NCBI GenBank assembly: GCA_043800705.1 | Contig: JAZDMS010000001.1 | Span: 57,826 to 121,825 of the forward strand | Length of the DNA stretch: 64,000 nt | Source: Candidatus Altiarchaeota archaeon | Lineage (GTDB): Archaea; Altiarchaeota; Altiarchaeia; IMC4; SCGC-AAA252-I15 | Direction: 5' to 3' | In this document: positions 1 through 8,942 of the stretch, one piece after another | How the letters are laid out: each line of letters starts with the position of its first letter | Numbering within the stretch: the stretch's first letter is position 1 | Notes under the pieces: generated by a model | The model's input: only the letters and a program-made list of their open reading frames with translations | Told to the model about the DNA's origin: nothing | Databases searched by the model: none | Program-made: the position numbers and the translations under genes

Positions 1-123
1 CTCTTCGTCTGGTCCCCTTCGCAGCGGTCGACGAAAAGCATCAGGATCCCGCTGAAGGACATGCCGCTTCAGGATTACCTCAAAGATGTCAAAGAATCTT
101 TGAGCCTGGAAGAGAACACCTAA
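1..123 (+). CDS. 3' end of a hypothetical protein truncated by the window edge
   Basis: Open frame from base 1 (LFVWSPSQRSTKSIRIPLKDMPLQDYLKDVKESLSLEENT) to TAA 121-123, converging on the next gene. Confidence 0.5.
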   Translation, partial: LFVWSPSQRSTKSIRIPLKDMPLQDYLKDVKESLSLEENT

Positions 124-127
124 TGGT

Positions 128-1318
128 TTAATCGCATTTTCTGACCTGCTTCAGGTAGACTGGCGAGAAAACCCCCGGCTTCGGCTGACCCCTGTCTCCG
201 ACCTTGAACCTGGTGAAGAAGACCTTCGAGGCGCCCGCCTTGAGCGCTCCGTCGACCGACGCGTCCACCTGGCTGTCCGACGAATACTCCGCCTCCGTCA
301 CCCATATCGTCTTGTTCAGTCCGTTTACTTCCAGAAGCTCCCTGTATTTGCCGACGTTGAGGTTCTGCAGGTCTCCGTAGTCTATGTAGTGGATGTTCCC
401 TATGTCGAAGTACTGCCCTCCGCCGGCCTTGAATACCTGGTCCCAGTACGATGCGAACCGGGGGTCTATCCCCTCCATCCCTCCCTGGACTACCATGCAA
501 TCCGGGCAAGCGGCCTTTACCGATATATACGAGGCTTTGAGGATCTGCGCATATTCCTGCGGGCTGCCTTTGAAGAACGTAAGCTCATCGCTCCTTAGCA
601 CAGGCTCGTTTCCGATCTCCCAGTGGGTTATCGGTTGCGTCAAACCCGGCATGTCGTCGATACCGTCGCCGTCATACCGTTCCACGAGCCTCTGCACGAA
701 TGACGAATAGGCCTCCATGTCGCACGGCATGCACCTGGACCTCGGTATTCCCTCAAGCGCTCCACCTCTGGTCCTCGGGTAGAATATGTCCGTCTCGTCC
801 ACGCCGCAGCCGTCGTCGTGGCACATCCTCTGATCCCAGTCCGCGTAAGGCCAGATAGTGGCCAGAATCGCAACGTCCCTGGATTGCGCAGCCTTCGCCC
901 ATCCGTCTGACTGTGAGAAGTCATATGAGCCTTCGGATCTCTCGATCCATCCCCACGCGAAAGGGCCGGGGTGGGGTCTCGCCCATCCCGCACCTATCAT
1001 CCTTATCTCGAATATCTCCCTCCAGTCCCCGGGGACGAATCCGACGCAGTTGGTGAGCGTCTCCGGCTTGATCTGGACCCCCCTGGGGGCCGTCGTGGTC
1101 GACGTCGTCGATGACGTGACTGTGCTAGATGACGGGGTGGTCGACGTTTCAGGGGGGGATGTCGCGGTCGTCGACGTCTCTTCGGCGGAGACGATGGCAT
1201 CTGACGTGGTCGTGGATTCCAAATCGACGGGTCCTATAACCCCCGCCTGTTCGAAGCATCCTGCCGCAAGAAGGGTTGCCAACAAGGCGGTAAAAACCAC
1301 CCCCATCGTCTTATCCAC
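128..1318 (-). CDS. Lipoprotein glycoside hydrolase, clan GH-A (GH39/GH5/GH42-like) with Thr/Ser-rich linker
   Basis: Signal peptide with LAAGC lipobox; T/S linker; WEIGNEP acid/base motif and IWVTE nucleophile motif. Confidence 0.8.
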   Translation of the reverse strand: MDKTMGVVFTALLATLLAAGCFEQAGVIGPVDLESTTTSDAIVSAEETSTTATSPPETSTTPSSSTVTSSTTSTTTAPRGVQIKPETLTNCVGFVPGDWREIFEIRMIGAGWARPHPGPFAWGWIERSEGSYDFSQSDGWAKAAQSRDVAILATIWPYADWDQRMCHDDGCGVDETDIFYPRTRGGALEGIPRSRCMPCDMEAYSSFVQRLVERYDGDGIDDMPGLTQPITHWEIGNEPVLRSDELTFFKGSPQEYAQILKASYISVKAACPDCMVVQGGMEGIDPRFASYWDQVFKAGGGQYFDIGNIHYIDYGDLQNLNVGKYRELLEVNGLNKTIWVTEAEYSSDSQVDASVDGALKAGASKVFFTRFKVGDRGQPKPGVFSPVYLKQVRKCD

Positions 1319-1431
1319 TTTTTTTATATCCCCAAAACTGCCCCTCTATCGGGCATTCAGCAGTTTTGTCCATCAAAAACCATCGGCCTCAGCTGACCGT
1401 TTTTTATATTGGCCGTATCGAATATATACCC

Positions 1432-1803
1432 ATGGCATTGATCAAGCATTTTATGACTGCCGACCCGGTCGCGATACAAAAGGACAAGAGCGTCTTCGAA
1501 GCGGTGAAACTGATGAACGAGAAGGACATCGACTGCCTCATCGTGACAGACGACCACAAGCCTGTCGCCATTTTCACCACGACGGACCTGCGGGTCAGGG
1601 TCGTCGGCGAAGGGAAGGACCCCAAGAAGACGGGCGTCTTGACCGCGGCGACGAAGGACATCAAGGTCCTCAAGGAGTCTGACGAGGCGATGCTTGCGAG
1701 GAACATCATGTCAAAATATCAAGTCAAGCACCTGCCGATAGTCGACGACGGAGACCTGCTTGTGGGGATGCTTTCCATCACTGACCTAATCGGCGAACAC
1801 TAG
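1432..1803 (+). CDS. CBS-pair domain protein
   Basis: Two CBS repeats (MTADPV..IFTTTDL; HLPIVD..GMLSITDL); ATG 1432 follows a TTTTTATA box. Confidence 0.85.
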   Translation: MALIKHFMTADPVAIQKDKSVFEAVKLMNEKDIDCLIVTDDHKPVAIFTTTDLRVRVVGEGKDPKKTGVLTAATKDIKVLKESDEAMLARNIMSKYQVKHLPIVDDGDLLVGMLSITDLIGEH

Positions 1804-1831
1804 GGATATATCCTCACCTCTGATAGGTAAC

Positions 1832-3791
1832 TTGATGCTGCCACGTCTTTTGACCGTCGCGAAATACGAGCTCTACCAGTACCGGCGGAGCTATTTCGAG
1901 CAGTTCTTCATAGCATGCGCCATCGTGCTGGTCTTCCTGATGGTGTCCGGGACGCGAGAGGGCGTGACCCTGGACACGCCAAGCTCATACGGCCTCTATA
2001 GGGTCGGATATGTCTCAGGGGGGGGGCCTGTCAAATGTAAGCCACTATTCGCTAAGAATGGCCCCGTTCGCCTCACGGCAGGAGGCCATGGACGCTGTTG
2101 GATCCGGGCGGATCGACGTTTTCGCGGACGTCTCGGACGGTCTGGTCACATTTCAAGGCTCCAGCTCGATACGGTCCCTCGCATCGGTGAAGCGGCTGCG
2201 CCAGGTCCTGCTCGGCCAAAAGAGGGACCAGATATACCTGCTCGCCGAAGCGAACGCGAGCATGGACGGGATCCTACTCCCGATCAAGGTTCGGACGGCC
2301 AGTTACTCGGTCGACTACTCGAAGGCCACGGACCCTTCGGTCCTGACGAGGCGGATCCGCCTTCTGAACCGCGATTCCATGGACAATGGGATGGTCCTTT
2401 CGGGGGTGAACATACTCGACGCGGATGCCGTCCGACGGATGGATCTGGCCCTGTACCTGAACGAGTCTGACTCTCTCGCATCGAACGAAACACTGGACCT
2501 TGCGGGTTTCACGCTCCCCGAGGAATGGGAGGTCCCGTTCGTCTTCAAGAGCCTGTATAATAACATGGCAGTCGTATCCGTCTCGATCCTCCTTTCGATA
2601 ATGCTCACACTCTCCTTCGCCAGGGAAAAGGTGAACCGGACGATGGAAGTCCTTTTCATGTCCCCGACGACGCGCCTTGACATACTCGCGGGAAAGTCCC
2701 TCCCCTACGTGGCCCTCATGCTGGCTGTCAACATGGGCTACTGCCTGTCGACTTCTTCGGGGATGAATTCGCTGAAGATGTTCTACATCTTTTCAGTCCT
2801 GTCTTTCACTCTGGCGGCTTTTGCGACGTTCACGGTCCTTGCCTCGAGGAATTACAGGGAGGTGACCTTCATGAGCTCGCTCTGCCTTCTTTCCTTCCTC
2901 ATATTCATCGTCTTCCCAAACGTGTTCTCCGGCGTCAACCTCCTCGCCTTCGTTTCTCCGCTTGACACCGTCACCAGCATACAGAACCAGGCAGGTGTCG
3001 GATTTGGCGACGTCTTCCTGTCACTGCTTCCCTACAAGTTCCTTTTCATGTTCTTCCTGTCGGCATCGATTGTCTGCTTCAGCCCCGAGACGTTCCAGAA
3101 CACGCCCGGCCTGGCGGGTCTCATGAGAATGTTCTACCATAATCTCAGGAAATCCTTCAGAAGCGACATATTATTTGTAATAACTGGCATCTCTCTGCTA
3201 GTTCCATTCGTCTACATAGTGCAGACGCTCATAGCATATCTCATCATACCGCTCGGACTCTTTGCACCATATGCTGCAATAGTCCTCCTCGCCTTGGTCG
3301 AAGAACTCACCAAAATTATCCCCTTTTACTATACCCGCAGGAATATGGTCTCCGGCGCATTGGTAAAGACGGGGATAATGCTCTTTTCCGTGGGCATATT
3401 GTTTGGGGGGCTTCTTACCCCCGACAGGATATTTATTGTAGCTGGGGTCGCATTGTTGGCATTAATCCTTGTTTCGATGGTCTTAAAACCTTCGTTTTGG
3501 CCCCCTCTATCATATGGCATACTCTCAGGATGTACGTTTTTTCTTACAGAGAAGGCATTCAATATATACCTGATATCGAAGGTTTATTCATATCTGCCGG
3601 CACCATATACCCTCTTCATCGTCAAGGGCTTGGCGTATACGCTTCTTTTGCATATACTCGCAACAACTACGCTGGCATTCGTTATCAGCGGAAGTTCAGG
3701 GAAATATCGGCTATATTCCGGCCTGGTATTGACTACTGCGATCCATTACGGATACAACGTCTACATGATGGGCGGAGGCCTGATACGGTGA
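1832..3791 (+). CDS. ABC-2 type permease fused to a C-terminal PrsW-family intramembrane protease; +1 frameshift in a G9 tract (2018-2026)
   Basis: N-terminus (RLLTVAKYEL plus TM) lies in ORF 1832 and the rest in ORF 2010; REKVNRTMEVLFMSP ABC-2 motif; PrsW-like EELTK, FFLTE, LH and IHYGYN motifs. Confidence 0.75.
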
Positions 3792-4882
3792 GACGGACCT
3801 TCGCGATAGCTCGCCGGGAATTCAGGACGATGATGCGGGAAAAGAGCTTCATCCTCGTTTTGATATTCGAGATCCTGCTCGTCTCATCGTCCGCCTTCCT
3901 CAGCACAGGATACGGCGTGATGACCTCGCCGGAGTCGTCGGACCTGCTGAAAGGCTCGAGGAACATAATCTCAGTCGGCCTCGTGACGGACTCGAAACGT
4001 GAATTCGCGCAGCCCCTGCAGAAGGCCGGGATCGCCTACTACAACTACCTCAGCCTTTCGGCTGCGGAGGGGGACTTCCAAAGCGGCCTGTTGGATGCTA
4101 TAATAATCGGCAGCGTAGACCTCAGGAAGGACCCGTCGGTGATAACCGTCTACCTGCCGGATAACACCCCAAAGATCGGCCTCATCCGTCTGTCCCTGAA
4201 GCGGTTCTTCCTCGACGTGGAGGAGCGGCTTCGGAACGTGAAGCTCCTCGTATACGCCCCGGACCTCAAGATCCTCGGCACCAGCGATTTTTCCGACTCC
4301 TCCCCGGCCCAGAACTTCGAGGTCTTCATGGTCTTCACCATACCTCTCCTGTTCTTCATGCCTGTCATAATGGGTGGCAGCCTGATAATCGACGGCCTCA
4401 CGGAGGAATTGGAGTCGGGCAGGATACTCAATCTTCTTGCGGCCCCGCTCAGCGATGCATCCATAGTCGCTGGAAAATGCATCGGATGCCTCGCGGTCAC
4501 GCTCCCCCACTGCCTGATATGGATTATCGTCCTTGCATTTACGCCATACGGCATACTGAATCCGCTAGGCATGTTCTTGGCATATTCGCTCTACTGCTCA
4601 CTTTTCATACTTCTTGGCGCCGCCATCTCCATCTGGGTGAAGAGGAACAGGCCTGCGCAGATGGCATATACCCTCATTGCGGTCGTGGCTATTTCCCTGA
4701 TGTCCCCTTCGGCGAACGGCAGCCAGCTTTTGATCACGTCGTCTCCGTCGTACGTCTACACGAGCCTGGCGCTCGGTGCAGGCGTGGCGGAACACTGGAT
4801 GCAATTGCTCCTGGCCGCCCTGGCGGAAGCCGGGCTCGCCATCCTGATAATGCGGCAGGCAAGGAGGATATCGGCGCCTTGA
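3788..4882 (+). CDS. ABC-2/NatB-like transporter permease
   Basis: GTG start overlaps the upstream stop; AIARREF N-terminus; EELESGRILNLLAAP..GK motif; multiple TM helices. Confidence 0.85.
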   Translation: MRRTFAIARREFRTMMREKSFILVLIFEILLVSSSAFLSTGYGVMTSPESSDLLKGSRNIISVGLVTDSKREFAQPLQKAGIAYYNYLSLSAAEGDFQSGLLDAIIIGSVDLRKDPSVITVYLPDNTPKIGLIRLSLKRFFLDVEERLRNVKLLVYAPDLKILGTSDFSDSSPAQNFEVFMVFTIPLLFFMPVIMGGSLIIDGLTEELESGRILNLLAAPLSDASIVAGKCIGCLAVTLPHCLIWIIVLAFTPYGILNPLGMFLAYSLYCSLFILLGAAISIWVKRNRPAQMAYTLIAVVAISLMSPSANGSQLLITSSPSYVYTSLALGAGVAEHWMQLLLAALAEAGLAILIMRQARRISAP

Positions 4883-4981
4883 GGGATTCCTCATGCCGTC
4901 CTGTAATGGTCGATGCATCTGACGGCAGGAAGGCTCTCCGAAACCCGAAGACCTTTTAACCGTCGCTTGGAATAATGTAAC

Positions 4982-5392
4982 ATGCGTACACTGGCCGTAT
5001 TGCTCCTGGTCTCATTCGTCTGCGGCTGCTTCTGCTGCACGCCGGGCGGCGGGCCTGGCGGCCTGAAGACCACGTCGACAAACGGTGGCTCCACAGTGTC
5101 GATCCCCTCCGACCGGAACTTTTGCGAATCGCAAGGGGGAAGGTGGGGTGCAATCGGCCGCTTTCCGAAGGAAGTCTGCAATCTGCCGACTTCAGACGGC
5201 GGGAATGCATGTTCCGGTCAGGACGACTGCGTAGGCGCATGCCTCGCAGACCTCGACCAGAAAGAAATGGAGGCGGCAAGGAATGGGCAGACGATATCCG
5301 CAAGCGGAAGATGCACCCCCTGGAGGATGACCGTAGGCTGCCAGGCGAGGGTCGAAGACGGCAAGGTCCGAGGCATCCTGTGCATGGACTGA
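4982..5392 (+). CDS. Small Cys-rich secreted or lipoprotein
   Basis: Signal peptide ending CGCFCC; CESQGGRW..CNLPTSDGGNACSGQDDCVGAC disulfide module. Confidence 0.65.
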   Translation: MRTLAVLLLVSFVCGCFCCTPGGGPGGLKTTSTNGGSTVSIPSDRNFCESQGGRWGAIGRFPKEVCNLPTSDGGNACSGQDDCVGACLADLDQKEMEAARNGQTISASGRCTPWRMTVGCQARVEDGKVRGILCMD

Positions 5393-5396
5393 CAGC

Positions 5397-5813
5397 TCAT
5401 GCCTTGTACTGGTTCACGAGCCTGATGGCGGGATTGATGAAGTTCAATGCTGCAAACAGATCGTCAATCCTCTTCACATAATATGTCTTCTCACCCTCGC
5501 GAGTCCTTATCACCACCATTTTCCTGCCGACCCAGAATACCTTGGTCACGAGCCAGTCCATCTTCAACACTGCTACCTCGGTGACGTCGCCGATCTTTAT
5601 AACGTCCTGCCTCCTGTCGGGAGCGTCCTTCCGAGACCTGTTGTATTGGAAGATGAAGCCGGTTTGGTAGAGGATCAGCGTCCCCCATTTCAGGGTCCAC
5701 GCCCCCCCGTCGCAGACGTTTTCCTCCAAGAAAACGACGGTGTTCTGGTCCACGATAATATATTGGGCCGGATAAATATACATGACTACGGCCGGAAATC
5801 CCCTCAATCCCAT
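5397..5813 (-). CDS. Hypothetical protein, possibly PH/GRAM-like fold
   Basis: WGTLILYQTGFIF beta-rich pattern followed by a C-terminal helix; start uncertain (5813 or 5783). Confidence 0.5.
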   Translation of the reverse strand: MGLRGFPAVVMYIYPAQYIIVDQNTVVFLEENVCDGGAWTLKWGTLILYQTGFIFQYNRSRKDAPDRRQDVIKIGDVTEVAVLKMDWLVTKVFWVGRKMVVIRTREGEKTYYVKRIDDLFAALNFINPAIRLVNQYKA

Positions 5814-5886
5814 GGACACGACGGGATATATGCGCTAAAAGTGGCAAATAAGCTGTCTTTCGCGTTTCTTTGGACTATGTACGGCG

Positions 5887-7035
5887 CTAATCCGTCAGCT
5901 CCTTCGACCATATCCTGCCGTCCGAATCGTCGAATAACATTTCCGCGACATATCCCGCCCTGAAGCCGTTTTTTTCCAGAAAGCCATCTTCCCGCCTCCA
6001 ACTGCCGGGAATCACGGTCCAAAGTCTTTTTCTGCCGGCTTTGGCTGCGATTTCCTGCGCAGCGGAAATGAGCGCGTCAGCCTGCCGCATGTCATCGACT
6101 CCTGTGAAAGGCCCATGGACGTATGCACCGTCCTTCCCGTCGAGGATGACGCCCCCGTACCCCCTCAATGCCCCATCGGAAAAGGCCCCGAATGCGATTC
6201 CGACAAACGCCATTGATTTCACGAAATAGATGGTCGACGGCGGACTGAAGGCCTCTCCTTCGAGTTTCAGCGCATCGCGGAACTCCATGGTCGTCGTGAT
6301 GGGCCGGATGCCATCGCCGCTGTCGGACGGCATATGAATCCCGCTCACCCCCTTCGCGTACGGATGTTCAGCCCTGCGGAATCCGAGCATCGGGCCACCC
6401 TCGCACCGTATCAGCTGATAAGCCTCGAAGCCGTCCCTGAACGCCCCCTCGAGGGCTTCCGTGTCCCTGACATCCACGCTCAGCTCCGGCCTTTGCCCTC
6501 GGCGGCCGTCTTCGGCCTTCAGGTCCTTCCTTATCAGCAACCTGTGGGAGCCGAGTCCGTAATCCGCTTCGCCAAAGTAGTCCGTGAAAATCGCGGCCGC
6601 CACGAAATCCAGCTTGTTCAGGTAGCTGTTCAGCTGCGGGCCGTTGAGGGGGCTGACATGCGAATAGACGACGCCAGAGCCGGCGACTCTCGCCCTTTTA
6701 ATGGACTCGGCAGCCATCAATGTGCCGAGGCCGCGGCTCTGTAGGACGGTCGAAACCCCTGTCGTCATGGAGTAGATCCCCCCGCATGCGTCGAATAGCA
6801 GCGCCTTTTCAGCGACAACTTTCCCCCCGGATTTGACGCCTATCAGGAATCCCGCCCTTGAGGCGACGAAGAGCTCATGCAATGGCATGCCAGTGTCCCG
6901 AAAAGCCTCCCTGTCGACGGCAGCCGCCTCCCGCATGTCTGCCATTCGGGTGAGGTCCTCGACCGCATCCTCCTTAAGGGGAGCTATCGGCCCATCCCTG
7001 GGAGTGATCCTCTCCCTGCTCACCGGACTAATCAT
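5887..7035 (-). CDS. Tandem (two-domain) GNAT acetyltransferase
   Basis: QSRGLGTLM acetyl-CoA motif A; DYFG motif; second GNAT with FLEKNGF. Confidence 0.7.
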   Translation of the reverse strand: MISPVSRERITPRDGPIAPLKEDAVEDLTRMADMREAAAVDREAFRDTGMPLHELFVASRAGFLIGVKSGGKVVAEKALLFDACGGIYSMTTGVSTVLQSRGLGTLMAAESIKRARVAGSGVVYSHVSPLNGPQLNSYLNKLDFVAAAIFTDYFGEADYGLGSHRLLIRKDLKAEDGRRGQRPELSVDVRDTEALEGAFRDGFEAYQLIRCEGGPMLGFRRAEHPYAKGVSGIHMPSDSGDGIRPITTTMEFRDALKLEGEAFSPPSTIYFVKSMAFVGIAFGAFSDGALRGYGGVILDGKDGAYVHGPFTGVDDMRQADALISAAQEIAAKAGRKRLWTVIPGSWRREDGFLEKNGFRAGYVAEMLFDDSDGRIWSKELTD

Positions 7036-8825
7036 CTGCCTTTCCTCAACACGAATATGGCCCTATCATGCGGATTCTCCCCTGGCCTGTCGAATTCCTC
7101 CGGCCTAATCACATACACCACCCGAAAGCCCTTGTCTGTGAGGCTCTTTATGAGGCCATAGTTCGTCGAATGCGTGAGCACACCGTCCGGGTCATGGATT
7201 TTCGCGTATCCGGTGAAGCTTTCGGCCAGCGGCATATCCCCCCACGCAGGCCTCTTCGAAGCCGCCTTCTCGCTGACGTCATTCTCGCCGACGGCTTTTT
7301 CGACGACCATCCTGTGCCTTCCGTTCCCGTAGTAGTCCAGCAGGACCTTAGACCCGACATGCCCTCTCCTGTTTATGTTGGCCTCCATCACGGGAAAATC
7401 GACGGTGTCTGCGGTCGTCCAGACCCTGTTTCGGCCGTGTCTTCTGGCCATCTTTTCGGCGACGCCGACCATGCCGTATCGAAGCTCCATTTCGTCAAAG
7501 CCCCTGGCGACGGTGACTCCGTGGCAGAACAGGCCGCCGTCCACGTCGAAGACCGCTGGCAGCTCCGCCGCTATCGAGCCCCTGGCATCCTTCGCTAATA
7601 GGAGGTATCCTGTTCTGGCTATCCTTATGAGCATCTGCGGCGACTCCGCTGACGCCTCCCCATGCGTCGATTTCTCGATTTCGTTCGCCGCGAACGCGTC
7701 CTCCACGTCCTCGGAGACGTGGACCTCGATTCCCGTGGGCGGCAGCGGAAAGGCTTCCTGCTGAACGGGCCTTTTCCAGTGTCTTCTGCCAGCCTTCCGC
7801 AGCCTCAGGACCATCCCCCCCTCGAAGTCCTCCAAGCCTTCGATACTGAAGGCGTCGTCGTTCAGGATACCCTCGTAGTCGATGCCTGTCGAATAGCGTA
7901 TACTCTGCGATTCCCTCCCGGGGTCGAATGCCTCGACCAACGGCGGAACGTCCCGTGCCGGAGGCGCGGATTCCGTCCTCTCCAGAAGCAGCTGGCTGAC
8001 GTTGTCTCCGAAGTAGTTCATGAGGTAGTGTACCATCCTGAAGCCGCATTCGAAGTATGTCCTGGCGGCGTTCGGATTGTTAATCCCCACCGTCGTCCAG
8101 AACCTCCTCCCCGGCTGAAGGCTGATGGCCTTCCTGATGAGGCTCCTCCTGACCCCGTACCCCTCCCACCCCATCGCCACGCACAGGCTGTAGACGTAGA
8201 AGCTTTCATCGCGGTCGAAGATGAATTCCCCGACCCCTATGAGGTTCCCCAGAGAGTTCCTCACACCCAAGAGAATCCCCGTAGTTGCGACCATCGATAC
8301 CGAGTATATGTTGTCGGAGGACCCGCCGAGGACGCTCTGGTTGAACCTCAACGCCTCCAAGAACCTGTCGGGTCTGACTATAGGGTCGCACCTGTATTCC
8401 ATCCTCCCCGAAAGCATCAGCTCCTCGACGGGCACCTTCAGTGCACTGGCAGCGTATGCCAGGGCATGGCTGACGGAGCCGGACTCGCGGACCATCTTGT
8501 TCAGCACATCAAGGGCGTAGGCGGATTTGACGAGCGAATCCAAGGCCTCGCTGTCGAGGGCCATCCCATACCTATCTCTCATCATTGACTCGATGCCTTT
8601 GAATATCCCGCGGTGCCCCCCGTCCTCCAGCATCGCATCGACGACCTTGCCCGGCTCTATCCCGATGCTGCCCGCAAGCCGGTCAAGCTCGAGCGACACG
8701 GAAGTGTACAGCTGTTTGCCCTCCAGCCTCCCAGACACTATCTGCCCCAGCGTCAGGTTCAGGTCCTCCACAGCGTCCAATTCCCCCAGCTCCTTCGGCC
8801 TTAGGCTGATGAGCTCGTCTGGCAC
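7032..8825 (-). CDS. Multi-domain protein: helical N-terminus plus two GNAT domains
   Basis: WEGYGVRRSL motif A, YFECGF..NYFG, second copy DYYG..HR; probable GTG start at 8825; stop overlaps the next start. Confidence 0.65.
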   Translation of the reverse strand: MPDELISLRPKELGELDAVEDLNLTLGQIVSGRLEGKQLYTSVSLELDRLAGSIGIEPGKVVDAMLEDGGHRGIFKGIESMMRDRYGMALDSEALDSLVKSAYALDVLNKMVRESGSVSHALAYAASALKVPVEELMLSGRMEYRCDPIVRPDRFLEALRFNQSVLGGSSDNIYSVSMVATTGILLGVRNSLGNLIGVGEFIFDRDESFYVYSLCVAMGWEGYGVRRSLIRKAISLQPGRRFWTTVGINNPNAARTYFECGFRMVHYLMNYFGDNVSQLLLERTESAPPARDVPPLVEAFDPGRESQSIRYSTGIDYEGILNDDAFSIEGLEDFEGGMVLRLRKAGRRHWKRPVQQEAFPLPPTGIEVHVSEDVEDAFAANEIEKSTHGEASAESPQMLIRIARTGYLLLAKDARGSIAAELPAVFDVDGGLFCHGVTVARGFDEMELRYGMVGVAEKMARRHGRNRVWTTADTVDFPVMEANINRRGHVGSKVLLDYYGNGRHRMVVEKAVGENDVSEKAASKRPAWGDMPLAESFTGYAKIHDPDGVLTHSTNYGLIKSLTDKGFRVVYVIRPEEFDRPGENPHDRAIFVLRKGR

Positions 8826-8942
8826 AGTTACTTCTGGGAAAAGCCGATAATAACTGAAACACAGGCCGATTGGCCGGCGCAAAAACTGGAAGAATCCGGC
8901 GCAGCCCCGTTTATTACTGTCAAATCGCATATTTCACCCATC

